Positions 8,517 to 16,826 of a stretch of 43,681 nucleotides of DNA are shown here, in pieces (position 1 is the stretch's first letter; every line of letters starts with the position of its first letter). Made by a program: the position numbers and the translations under genes. Source of the DNA: Verrucomicrobiia bacterium (lineage in GTDB: Bacteria > Chloroflexota > Limnocylindria > Limnocylindrales > CSP1-4); the NCBI GenBank assembly GCA_035607275.1, contig DATNBW010000245.1, positions 1-43,681 on the forward strand, given 5' to 3'. A model generated the notes under the pieces. The model worked only from the letters and a program-made list of their open reading frames with translations, was not told where the DNA came from and did not search any database.

Positions 8517-8738
8517 CGGTTCTCCCTCGTGGCTCGCCGATCGTCGGCGTCCACCGAACTGTGGATCCGCCGAGGCCGCGGCCACATCGAGAGGAATCCG
8601 TAAACGAGGGTGCGCCCACCTCTAGCCCGGTGGGGAACATCTCCCTCAGGCGGTCGATCCGCCCCCTGATCGGGTGGCTGCCGGATCGGCGACCTGGCCG
8701 CAGCGGCGGGAACGTAGCGCCGGCGTCCCGCCCAGGAG

Positions 8739-9125
8739 CTACGACAGCTGCACGATCTGGATGAGGTTGCCGCAGGTGTCGTCGAAGACGGCCGTGGTGA
8801 CGGGTCCCATCTCGGTCGGCTCCTGCGTGAATCTCACGCCCCTCGCCTGGAGCCGGTCGAACTCCGCCCGAACGTCGTCGACCGCGAACGAGGCCGCCGG
8901 GATTCCGTCCTCGACCAGGGCGTCCTTCCAGGGCTTGACGGCCGGATGGCCCGAGGGCTCGAGCAGGAGCTCGGTTCCATCGGGCTGTTCCGGCGACACC
9001 ACGGTCAGCCACGAGGCATCGCCGAGGGGGATGTCCGACTTCTTCTCGAAGCCCAGGGTGTTGGTGTAGAAGTCGAGGGCCTTCCTTTGGTCGTCGACGA
9101 AGACGCTCGTGACATGGATGCGCAC
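8739..9125 (-). CDS. VOC family protein (glyoxalase/bleomycin-resistance/dioxygenase fold)
   Basis: MRIHVTSVFVDDQRKALDFYTNTLGFEKKSD...GNLIQIVQ is a typical VOC pattern. The gene lies 13 nt downstream of the ArsR gene. Confidence 0.85.
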   Translation of the reverse strand: MRIHVTSVFVDDQRKALDFYTNTLGFEKKSDIPLGDASWLTVVSPEQPDGTELLLEPSGHPAVKPWKDALVEDGIPAASFAVDDVRAEFDRLQARGVRFTQEPTEMGPVTTAVFDDTCGNLIQIVQLS

Positions 9126-9137
9126 TCGAATGCTCCT

Positions 9138-9425
9138 TCAGTCCCGGATGGGCCAGCGCTCCGTGATCTCCCTGAGCGGCGTGCTGTCGAGGTAATGGAA
9201 CTTGTACCTGCCGTCACGTTTGACCTGGACCAGGCCGGCGGCCTCGAGCACGTCGAGATGCTGGGAGATCGCCTGGCGCGTCGAGTCGATCCCGTGCTTC
9301 ATCAACAGGCGACTGCAGAGCTCGAACAAGGTCTGACCGTCGCGCTCGGCCAGCTCGTCGAGAATGGTCCGCCTGGTCGGATCGGCAAGGGCCTTGAACA
9401 CGTCCAGGGGTTCGATGATAGGCAA
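9138..9425 (-). CDS. ArsR/SmtB family winged-HTH transcriptional regulator
   Basis: Signature FKALADPTRRTILDEL...STRQAISQHLDVLEAAGLV. The start is a TTG at 9425 and is uncertain; an in-frame GTG at 9404 is an alternative. Confidence 0.85.
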   Translation of the reverse strand: MPIIEPLDVFKALADPTRRTILDELAERDGQTLFELCSRLLMKHGIDSTRQAISQHLDVLEAAGLVQVKRDGRYKFHYLDSTPLREITERWPIRD

Positions 9426-9438
9426 GTGGCTACTTGCC
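9421..9438. promoter_or_regulatory. perfect palindrome GGCAAGT-GGCT-ACTTGCC at the ArsR start; candidate autoregulatory operator
   Basis: 7-bp inverted arms with a 4-nt spacer, read directly. It sits in the divergent region between the ArsR gene and the SMP-30-like gene. Confidence 0.4.
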
Positions 9439-9531
9439 TGTCAAGCTTCGTGACCCAGGTTCCGCTCCGTGGCGCGATGACTTCGGGCCGTGCCACGGGT
9501 CTACACCGGTGGGCACCCAAAGGAGAACGCG

Positions 9532-10410
9532 ATGACGCAACGACCGGCATTGACGACCAGCGTCCTGCTGGACGGCTTCGGCATGGGCGAGTCGCCCCGG
9601 TGGCACGATGGGCGGCTGTGGTTCTCGAGCTGGGGGACGAACGAGATCGTCGCGGTCGACCTCGACGGGAACAGCGAGGTCATCGGCGCCGGCGGCGGGG
9701 GCAGCGGCTGGGCCGTCAACTGGTTGGGCGATGGACGCATGCTCGTCACCGGCGGCGAGCTGCTCCGCGTCGAGCCCGACGGGTCGCGCATCCGACACGC
9801 CGACCTGAGCCATGTCTCACCGTACGGCTGGAGCGAGCTCACGGTCGACGGACGCGGCAACGCCTATGTCAACTCGCTCAACTTCGACTTCGCCGACTTC
9901 GGGGAGGTTCTCGCCAGCGGCGCGGCGCCGGGCAAGATCGCGCTCGTGACGACCGATGGCACGGCGCGCGAGGTCGCGGACGGCCTGGCGTTTCCGAACG
10001 GGATGGCCGTGACCGCGGACAACGCCACGTTGATCGTCGCCGAGTCGTTCGCCGCCCGGCTCACCGCCTTCGACATCGCCGCCGACGGGAGCCTCTCGAA
10101 CCGGCGCGTCTGGGCCGACGTGACGGGCGACGGGATCTGCATTGACGCCGAGGGCGCCGTCTGGTGCAGCGCGGTCGGCGCGGACGACGGACACGTCGTT
10201 GTCCGCGTTCGCGAGGGCGGCGAGGTCCTCGACCGGATCGAGATCGACCGTCCGTGCTACGCGTGCATGCTCGGCGGCGAGGACGGCAGGACGCTGTTCA
10301 TGGTCGTCGCCCAGTGGTTCGGTCCCGACCGGATGAACGAGCTCATCGAGGCGAGGACCGGCCAGATCCTCACCGCCCGGGTCGAGGTGCCGCACGCCGG
10401 CTGGCCGTAG
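9532..10410 (+). CDS. SMP-30/gluconolactonase/LRE family protein
   Basis: AAGGAG RBS before the ATG at 9532. It contains LGESPRWHDGRLWFSSWGT and a beta-propeller-like repeat pattern typical of the family. Confidence 0.85.
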   Translation: MTQRPALTTSVLLDGFGMGESPRWHDGRLWFSSWGTNEIVAVDLDGNSEVIGAGGGGSGWAVNWLGDGRMLVTGGELLRVEPDGSRIRHADLSHVSPYGWSELTVDGRGNAYVNSLNFDFADFGEVLASGAAPGKIALVTTDGTAREVADGLAFPNGMAVTADNATLIVAESFAARLTAFDIAADGSLSNRRVWADVTGDGICIDAEGAVWCSAVGADDGHVVVRVREGGEVLDRIEIDRPCYACMLGGEDGRTLFMVVAQWFGPDRMNELIEARTGQILTARVEVPHAGWP

Positions 10411-10439
10411 TGCGCCGCACGCCGGCTGGCCGTAGTGCG
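10390..10439 (+). repeat. perfect 25-bp tandem duplication (CCGCACGCCGGCTGGCCGTAGTGCG x2) covering the stop codon of the SMP-30-like gene
   Basis: Read directly: copy 1 is 10390-10414 and copy 2 is 10415-10439. Copy 1 contains the functional TAG at 10408-10410. Confidence 0.95.
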
Positions 10440-10564
10440 CCGACCCGCAGTCGTGTCGACAATCGCTGGGCGGCCCACGGCTTCGGCTTCGCCGGATGTC
10501 GAACAGGCCGTGAGCCGGGTGCTCGGCCCGCGCCGTGTCTCGCGTGTCGCAGGGGAGTCGAACC

Positions 10565-11281
10565 ATGACCGACGAGGGCATGACCGTACGGCGGGCCGCG
10601 CTCGTCGTCCTCCTCAGCCTGACCGGCACGACGTTCGCCGTTCCGATCGCGGAGTTCGTCGTGTGGCCGAGCCTGGTCGATCCGACGAACATCGCGCAGA
10701 CCGTCTCGAACATTCGGGCCAACGAGGGCGGCTACCTGTTCGCGAGCTTCGCCTACCTGGCCGGCTTCATTGGCGACATCGTGGTCGCCTGGGCGCTGTA
10801 CTACCTGATGCGTCCCGTCAGTCGATCGCTGGCGGCGCTGACCGCAGGCTTCCGGGCGGTCCAGGCGGTCATCGCCATCGGCGCTGTGCTCAACCTGTTC
10901 ACGGCGTTCCGCCTGCTCAGGTCCGAGTCCCTGGCCGTGCTCGGCCTCGATCACCTGCACGCCCAGGTCCTCGTCCTCCTGAGCTCGTTCCGCTATGGGT
11001 GGAGCCTGGCCCTGGTCATCTTCGGGATCCACCTCGTCCTGCTCGGCTACCTGGCGTATCGGTCCGGCTACATCCCGAAGCTCGTCGGGGTCGCCCTCGT
11101 GATCGCCGGCGTTGGCTATATCGTCCACAACCTGCAGCCGTACCTCTATCCGGATGCCGAGATCGGGTTCGTGTTCGCGACGTTCGCCGGTGAGCTCGTC
11201 TTCGTCCTCTGGCTCGCGACCCGGGGGTGGAGGATTCCGGAGCCAGGTCAGGCCTCGACGCAGTTGGCGCCGACCGAGTAA
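10565..11281 (+). CDS. DUF4386-like integral membrane protein
   Basis: Multiple TM segments. The pattern GGYLFASFAYLAGFIGDIVVAWALYYL ... IFGIHLVLLGYLAYRSGYIPK recalls DUF4386. GGGGAG lies upstream of the ATG at 10565. Confidence 0.7.
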   Translation: MTDEGMTVRRAALVVLLSLTGTTFAVPIAEFVVWPSLVDPTNIAQTVSNIRANEGGYLFASFAYLAGFIGDIVVAWALYYLMRPVSRSLAALTAGFRAVQAVIAIGAVLNLFTAFRLLRSESLAVLGLDHLHAQVLVLLSSFRYGWSLALVIFGIHLVLLGYLAYRSGYIPKLVGVALVIAGVGYIVHNLQPYLYPDAEIGFVFATFAGELVFVLWLATRGWRIPEPGQASTQLAPTE

Positions 11282-11308
11282 GGCGCCCTCGAGGCCCTGG
11301 CGGCCAGG

Positions 11309-12013
11309 TCACCCGGTCGAGCCGTTCTCCGGTCCCTCTCCCAGCTGGTCGGCGTGTCGAACGGGACGACCGAACAGCTGCCGGGTGAGCATCCCGACGA
11401 GCCACGTCTCATAGACCTCGCCCGTGATGCCACCGTCAACCGTGGCGAGCCGATGCACGTCGGGCGATGTCATCGTCCACAGGGTCAGGAGTGCTTCCGG
11501 GGCCGAGAGACCCACCCGGAGGGCCCCGCGCCGGGCCCACCGCTCGACGATCTCGCGTTGCGCTTCGCGCCTTCGACGGTGCCCCTCCGTCACGTTTGCC
11601 GAGAGGTCGGGGTCGATGGCTCGCGAGCCCTGCGCGACGTCAATCAGCTCGCCGCCGAGCTCGAACAGCCGTCGGTTGAATGCAACGACCCGGCGCAGCT
11701 CTCCGGGCGGGTCGTTCGCGGACGCGCCGGCATCGCCATCTGCGGGCGTGCGCGCCGCGACCTCCAACTCGTCGAGCAGCGCCGCGAGGATCGCGGCCTT
11801 GGACCCGAAGACTGCGTAGACGGTCTGGACCGCGACGCCGGCGTCTGACGCGATCGAGGTCATCGTCGCCCCCGTCCAGCCTGCGCCGGTCAATCGTCCC
11901 CGCGCCGCGTCGAGGATGCGGCGTCTGGTGGCCGCAGCCCGTGCCTCTCGTTGGGGCGCGTGATATCGCCTCTTGACATCCTTCATTTCGATAGAGTAGC
12001 CTCCTGCCAACAT
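11309..12013 (-). CDS. TetR/AcrR family transcriptional regulator
   Basis: HTH region: RRRILDAARGRLTGAGWTGATMTSIASDAGVAVQTVYAVFGSKAAIL. The start is 12013, or an internal ATG at 11986. It is divergent from the MFS gene. Confidence 0.85.
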   Translation of the reverse strand: MLAGGYSIEMKDVKRRYHAPQREARAAATRRRILDAARGRLTGAGWTGATMTSIASDAGVAVQTVYAVFGSKAAILAALLDELEVAARTPADGDAGASANDPPGELRRVVAFNRRLFELGGELIDVAQGSRAIDPDLSANVTEGHRRRREAQREIVERWARRGALRVGLSAPEALLTLWTMTSPDVHRLATVDGGITGEVYETWLVGMLTRQLFGRPVRHADQLGEGPENGSTG

Positions 12014-12033
12014 TCAGTGTAGTCAACTCTATC
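11990..12033. promoter_or_regulatory. inverted repeat GATAGAGT-N28-ACTCTATC in the AT-richer TetR/MFS divergent region; candidate operator/promoter region
   Basis: 8-bp arms read directly at 11990-11997 and 12026-12033. Confidence 0.35.
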
Positions 12034-12075
12034 AGACATTCGCCGACGTCGGCAAGCTTGAGAGGTGAAGATCAA

Positions 12076-13557
12076 ATGCGTCGCAACTCGAAAACGAACG
12101 CGGTGCTCGCACTCCTCGCGGCGACCCAGTTCTGCCTGATCCTCGATGCCGCCGTCGTCGGCGTCGCCCTGCCTGCCATCGCCCGAGATCTGGGGTTCGG
12201 CCCGTCCGCGCTGTCGTGGGTCGTCAACGCCTACATCCTCGCGTTCGGAGGCTTCCTCCTCCTCGGCGGTCGTGTGGCGGACCGACTCGGACGGCGACGC
12301 GTGTTCGCGACGTCGGCGGCCCTGTTCGCCGTCGCGTCGGCGATCGGGGCGCTCGCCCAGTCCGAGGCATGGCTCGTCGCCGCCCGGGCTGGACAGGGCC
12401 TCGCCGCGGCATTCATGTCGCCCGCCGCGCTCTCGCTCCTCCTCACGGTCTTCGAGGATGCCCGGTCGCGCCAGCATGCGCTGGGCATCTGGGCCGGGGT
12501 ATCGGCAGCCGGTGGCGCAGCCGGCTTCCTCATCGGCGGCGTCCTCGTCGAGGCGCTGGGCTGGCGGTCGGTGATGTACGCCAACGTCCCGCTCGGGATC
12601 GGCATCGCCTGGCTTGCTCCGCGGTTGCTGCCCGCGTCGGCGCCGGCGGGCGCCCGGGCCGGCTTCGATGTCGCCGGAGCGGCCAGCGTGACAGCTGGGC
12701 TGGCCATCGGCATCTTCGCGCTCATCCACGCCGGAGAGTCCGGGTGGACGTCTCCGGCGACGCTCGCCGCCGGGGTCCTTGCGGCGACTCTGCTCATCGC
12801 GTTCGTTGTGATCGAGCGGCGCTCAGCCGAGCCCCTCGTGCCGCTCGACATCTTCCGTCGCCGGTCGTACGCAACGGCAAACGGCGTCGCGGCCCTGGTC
12901 ACGATGGCCGTGACGCCGATGTTCTTCTTCCTCACGCTGTTCACGCAGGACGTGCTCGGCTACTCCGCCCTCGCGGCCGGCCTGGCCCAGCTGCCTCTGA
13001 GCCTCGCCATCAGCGGAGCCGCGATCGTGGCGCCACGCCTCATCGGGCGGGTCGGCGTCCACGCGGCGCTTGCCGCGGGTCTCGTGCTGCTCGCGTCGGG
13101 GATGCTGGTGCTCGCCCGCCTGCCCGACTCGGCCGGCTACGTCCCCGACATCGTCGCGGCATTCCTGCTCGTAGGCCCCGGCGCGGGCACCGTATGGGTG
13201 GCCGCAACGGCGGCGGCCACGGCAGGCGCGAGCGCCGAGGACTCGGGGCTCTACTCGGGGATCGTGAGCACGGCGCAGCAGCTCGGTTCGGCCGTCGGAC
13301 TGGCGATCCTCGCGACGGTCGCCGCGAACGCCGCGGGACAGGACCCCTCGACGGCGTCGTTCGCAGGCGGCCTGCGGGTCGGGTTCGGCATGGGGGCGGG
13401 GTTGATCGCGGCCGCACTCGCGCTCACCGTCGTCGTGCTCGCACCTTCGACCCGCCGCGAACAGGCGCGGCGCTCACGCGAGAACGAAACGGTCGCTGCG
13501 CGCGGAACCCCTGGCGAGGTCGCCGTCATGGCGACGGAGGCCCGGGCGAGCGGCTGA
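12076..13557 (+). CDS. MFS transporter, DHA2 (EmrB/QacA-like, 14-TMS) drug:H+ antiporter family
   Basis: GAGGTGA RBS. It contains LDAAVVGVALPAIARDLGF and GGRVADRLGRRRVF (MFS motif A). The length and hydrophobicity pattern fit 14 TMS. Confidence 0.85.
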   Translation: MRRNSKTNAVLALLAATQFCLILDAAVVGVALPAIARDLGFGPSALSWVVNAYILAFGGFLLLGGRVADRLGRRRVFATSAALFAVASAIGALAQSEAWLVAARAGQGLAAAFMSPAALSLLLTVFEDARSRQHALGIWAGVSAAGGAAGFLIGGVLVEALGWRSVMYANVPLGIGIAWLAPRLLPASAPAGARAGFDVAGAASVTAGLAIGIFALIHAGESGWTSPATLAAGVLAATLLIAFVVIERRSAEPLVPLDIFRRRSYATANGVAALVTMAVTPMFFFLTLFTQDVLGYSALAAGLAQLPLSLAISGAAIVAPRLIGRVGVHAALAAGLVLLASGMLVLARLPDSAGYVPDIVAAFLLVGPGAGTVWVAATAAATAGASAEDSGLYSGIVSTAQQLGSAVGLAILATVAANAAGQDPSTASFAGGLRVGFGMGAGLIAAALALTVVVLAPSTRREQARRSRENETVAARGTPGEVAVMATEARASG

Positions 13558-13570
13558 CCCATCGACGACC

Positions 13571-13650
13571 CGTGACGGACGGCGTCGGCCTCCCGAGCCG
13601 AGGGTCGCAGGACCGACCCCTGTCGGTTGGGCCGGCGCCGGTCCGTCACG
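13571..13650 (+). terminator. long imperfect hairpin (about 19-bp GC-rich stem with one bulge and one mismatch, structured interior) 14 nt after the MFS stop
   Basis: CGTGACGGACGGCGTCGGC (13571-13589) pairs with GCCGGCGCCGGTCCGTCACG (13631-13650). An inner ACCGAC/GTCGGT stem is also present. Confidence 0.4.
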
Positions 13651-13806
13651 TGCCCGGCATCGGTTCGGCCCGGAGAACATTCCGGGCTCCCTGCGAACGC
13701 GTCGAGTCGCCGACACCGGCGGAGCCCGCCGACACAATCGACGGACGCGGGCGTCCTCTCGTCGTGCGTCGCGTTCGCGACGCGCAGGCGGGCAGGAGGA
13801 TCGGCG

Positions 13807-14526
13807 ATGAGGTTCGGACAGGGGAGCGCCGACGCGCCGAGCCATCGGACCGCTCGCGGCGGGTTGATCGTTGCATTCGCCGTCATCGCCGGAGCATGCG
13901 CGTCGACCGCCGGCAGCGGGTCCGTGCCGACCGCTTCGCCGTCCAGCCCAGCCTCGCTGGCACCGACGTCGTCGCCCTCGCTGACAGCGAGCGCTCCCAC
14001 ATCGTCGGCGATCCCGGCGCCGACTCCCGCGCCCGTCGTGCTCGACGCGGCCGCCGTGACCCAGGCCGATCTGAAAGGCGGGACCTTGCCGTTCGTCTCG
14101 AAGGACGGCGGCGCCGGCACGTGCACGTCGTGGCCGGACACGCGCCGCGTCGAGTCCGTCTACTCGAGCGACCTCGGCAAGCTCGGAACCGGGACGATCC
14201 GAGGGACGCTGACCATTCCGATGGGCGGATCGGGGCTCACGACGGCCGAGCTCTGGATCGATGGAGCGAACATCCCGGAGGGAGTGTTCCAGCCGTTCTG
14301 GACGGGCCCGGCCCGGATCACGGAATCCGGCGCGGGCGCGGTGTCCGGGACGATGACCTTCAGCGCGCTCAAGCTCGAGGTCGACGCGGTCCTGAAGCCA
14401 GGACAATCCGCCCCGGCCGAGGTCGCCGATTGGCCGGCCACCCTGTCGGGCGCGATCAGCTGGGAGTGCGGGCCGTGGGCGACCCCGATGTCATCGGGAC
14501 CGCCGCCGGCGTCGAGCGCTCCCTGA
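13807..14526 (+). CDS. putative lipoprotein (lipobox IAGAC), Ser/Pro/Thr-rich linker, unknown globular domain
   Basis: AGGAGG RBS before the ATG at 13807. LIVAFAVIAGAC fits a lipoprotein signal, followed by a low-complexity SPSSPASLAPTSSPS linker. Confidence 0.65.
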   Translation: MRFGQGSADAPSHRTARGGLIVAFAVIAGACASTAGSGSVPTASPSSPASLAPTSSPSLTASAPTSSAIPAPTPAPVVLDAAAVTQADLKGGTLPFVSKDGGAGTCTSWPDTRRVESVYSSDLGKLGTGTIRGTLTIPMGGSGLTTAELWIDGANIPEGVFQPFWTGPARITESGAGAVSGTMTFSALKLEVDAVLKPGQSAPAEVADWPATLSGAISWECGPWATPMSSGPPPASSAP

Positions 14527-14546
14527 TCGAGTGTCGGGAGCAGGTC

Positions 14547-14577
14547 GATCGGGGGAGCCGGCACGACTCCCCCGATC
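14547..14577. terminator. bidirectional hairpin (11-bp stem GATCGGGGGAG/CTCCCCCGATC) between convergent genes
   Basis: Perfect inverted repeat read directly. It lies between the stop codons at 14526 (+) and 14592 (-). Confidence 0.5.
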
Positions 14578-14591
14578 AGTTCGGGTCTGGC

Positions 14592-15578
14592 CTACAGCAC
14601 GGACACCTGGATCAACCCGGGGAGGGCCGGGTCAAGCGCGACGTTGTCGTTCCCTTCGATGGGGTCGATCACGAGCGAGTCCTTGTCGGAGTCCGCGTGC
14701 GTGACGTGGACGAGGGCGGCGAGGCCGCTGACGTCGACGGCTCCCCCGTTTGCACTGACCGCGATCGAGTCGTCGCCCTTCGTGCCGAAGACGCTGACCA
14801 CGTCGGCCGCGCCGTCGGCGGACGAGCCGCCGAGCGAGCCGGCGAGATCGACGTTGACGCGCCGGAGGTCCGTGCCGCTCATGTCGCTGACGGTGACCGA
14901 ATCGGTCCCGCCGAGCGCATTGACGTCGATCGACTCGATCCCGTCGAGGTCCATCAGGATCCCGCCGAGGTTGCGCGTGAACTCGACCCGGCCGAAGAAG
15001 GCCGTCGCGGCCATGATCTCGTTGCCACCGGCCCCGTTGAAGACCATCGCGTCCGAGCCGCGTCCGCCTTCGACGACGTCCGAGCCATCGCCCGGGTCCC
15101 AGATGAAGGTGTCGTCGCCGTTGCCGAGAAATGCCGTGTCGGCGCCGCCGTTGCCGTCGATGACGTCGTCGCCGTTCCCGCCATCGAGGATCTCGGCGCC
15201 GCTGCCGCCGTTGAGGATGTCGTCGCCGTTCCCGCCATCGATCCGCGTCGGCTCGGTCGTGGTGAAGGCGCCGTTGACCTGGTCGATCGTGACCGTGTCG
15301 TTGCCGTTGCCGGCCTCGATGTCGATGGCCCGGACCGTCCCGAGATCGAACGTGTCGTCGGCCGTGCCGTCGTTTCCGACGTCGACCTGGAGCTGACCGC
15401 GAATCGCGGCATTCAGGCGGAGCGCGATCACGTCCGCGCGTGGGCTGCCGGTGATGCGCAGCGTGCCGTCGGTCGCTACGGCTGCCCGGACGGACGGGCC
15501 GGCCGCCGCGACGGGCATCGCGGTCGATGCCGCGACGGCCGCCAGCGCGACGGCGATGGAAATGGTCTTCCGATTCAT
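14592..15578 (-). CDS. secreted calcium-binding protein with RTX-type (GGxGxD) nonapeptide repeats
   Basis: Signal peptide MNRKTISIAVALAAVAASTAMPVAAA. Repeats: GGNGDDILNGGSGAEILDGGNGDDVIDGNGGADTAFLGNGDDTF. The start was trimmed to the ATG at 15578. Confidence 0.75.
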   Translation of the reverse strand: MNRKTISIAVALAAVAASTAMPVAAAGPSVRAAVATDGTLRITGSPRADVIALRLNAAIRGQLQVDVGNDGTADDTFDLGTVRAIDIEAGNGNDTVTIDQVNGAFTTTEPTRIDGGNGDDILNGGSGAEILDGGNGDDVIDGNGGADTAFLGNGDDTFIWDPGDGSDVVEGGRGSDAMVFNGAGGNEIMAATAFFGRVEFTRNLGGILMDLDGIESIDVNALGGTDSVTVSDMSGTDLRRVNVDLAGSLGGSSADGAADVVSVFGTKGDDSIAVSANGGAVDVSGLAALVHVTHADSDKDSLVIDPIEGNDNVALDPALPGLIQVSVL

Positions 15579-15758
15579 TCGAAATGTCCCTGGTCCGGCC
15601 ATCCGCTTCGTCGAGACCACAGCCGGCCGGGATCGGGGATGAAACCGCGAAGGCCATACGTCGAGTCCTGCCGGACCAGTTTCCAAGCGGTCGAATCGCC
15701 TCGAGCGGCAGCCCTCAAACCGACGTGAATCCGCGGGAGCTAACCCGCCCGCGCCGGC

Positions 15759-16826
15759 TCAGTCGTGCGCGCTGAGCCAGGCGCCGACCTTCGGCCAGAG
15801 GTTCTGGCTGGCCGTTCGGCCGACGACGATCCCGACGTGACCACCTTCGACGAGGAACTCCGACGCGTCCTCGCTGCCGACGCGGCCGGTGACGATGCTG
15901 GTCGTCGGGCGCGGCGCGATCTGGTCGCGGCTCGCGGCGATGTTGAGCACCGGGCAGTGGATGTCGGCCAGGCGGACCGGCCGGCCGTCCATCTCGAGCA
16001 TGTCCCGAGCGAGCCGATTCTCCCGGTAGAACTCGACGATCCACTGCCGGAACGCGGCCCCGGCGAAGGGGACGCTGTCGTTCACCCAGCGGTACATCGC
16101 CTGCCAGCCCGGGACGTCGAAGTTCTCGACGCCCAGCTTCTCCCACAGCTGGCGATAGGTGCCCACATAGCTCGCCAGCGGGCTGAGCAGCTTGGTGCCG
16201 ATGTCCGGCAACTGGGCCGGGACGATCGGGAACGTGTCGGTCAGCTGCTCGACGGGAAAGATGCCCGGAGCCGTCATCCGACCGAACTGGCCGGCGTCCG
16301 AGAAATCGAGCGGCGCCGTCAGCAGCACGAGGTTCCGAGTGACCTCGGGATGAAGGGCCGCGAAGCAGGCTGCCAGCGTGCCGCCGATGCAGTAGCCCAG
16401 GACCGTCATCTGGTCGGATCCGCTGGCGCGCTGGATCGCCTTCGCCGCTCGCGGCAGATAGCGCGTCACGAGGGTGGTGATGTCGAGGGCCTGGTCCTCG
16501 TCGCCCGGGGTGCCCCAGTCGATGAGGAACACGTCGAACCCCTGGCTCAGCAGGAACTCGACGAAGCTCGCCCCTGGCCGCAGGTCGAGAACGTACGACC
16601 GGTTGATGAGCGGGAGCACGAGAAAGATCGGCGTCGTGTGGGTGGCCGGCTCAGCCCTGAGGTAGCGGTACAGGCGAGCCTTGTTCTTGCGCCAGACCAG
16701 CTCCTTCGGAGTGAGGCCGACGGGAGCTTCAGCCGAGCCGAGGATGGCCTGCGCCATCTCGAGTGCCCGGTCGTTCGACGCCCAGAGGTCCCGGGCGGCC
16801 GACCACTCCGGCCACGGCGTCGTCAT
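15759..16826 (-). CDS. phaC: class III poly(3-hydroxyalkanoate) synthase catalytic subunit PhaC
   Basis: At 355 aa it has class III size. It carries the lipase-box LGYCIGG, the catalytic Asp context AASRDQIAP and the His context EGGHVGIVVG. Its ATG overlaps the phaE stop (ATGA at 16823-16826). Confidence 0.9.
   Translation of the reverse strand: MTTPWPEWSAARDLWASNDRALEMAQAILGSAEAPVGLTPKELVWRKNKARLYRYLRAEPATHTTPIFLVLPLINRSYVLDLRPGASFVEFLLSQGFDVFLIDWGTPGDEDQALDITTLVTRYLPRAAKAIQRASGSDQMTVLGYCIGGTLAACFAALHPEVTRNLVLLTAPLDFSDAGQFGRMTAPGIFPVEQLTDTFPIVPAQLPDIGTKLLSPLASYVGTYRQLWEKLGVENFDVPGWQAMYRWVNDSVPFAGAAFRQWIVEFYRENRLARDMLEMDGRPVRLADIHCPVLNIAASRDQIAPRPTTSIVTGRVGSEDASEFLVEGGHVGIVVGRTASQNLWPKVGAWLSAHD

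Noticed and set aside
3817-8520. Attempt to delimit a tRNA-associated genomic island by finding a direct repeat of the tRNA-Arg 3' end (attR)
   Set aside because: By eye I found no second copy of the 3' tRNA segment (GGTTCGAATCCTGTCGGGCGCGCCA) anywhere in the window, and no integrase gene. I report only a mosaic of remnants, not a defined island.
12216-15728. 1170-aa ORF on the plus strand, the longest in the track
   Set aside because: It is Arg/Gly/Asp-rich with no recognisable domains. It runs out of frame through the MFS gene and the lipoprotein gene, and antisense through the RTX-like gene, all of which have RBSs, signal peptides and family motifs. It is a typical stop-poor shadow frame of about 70% GC DNA.
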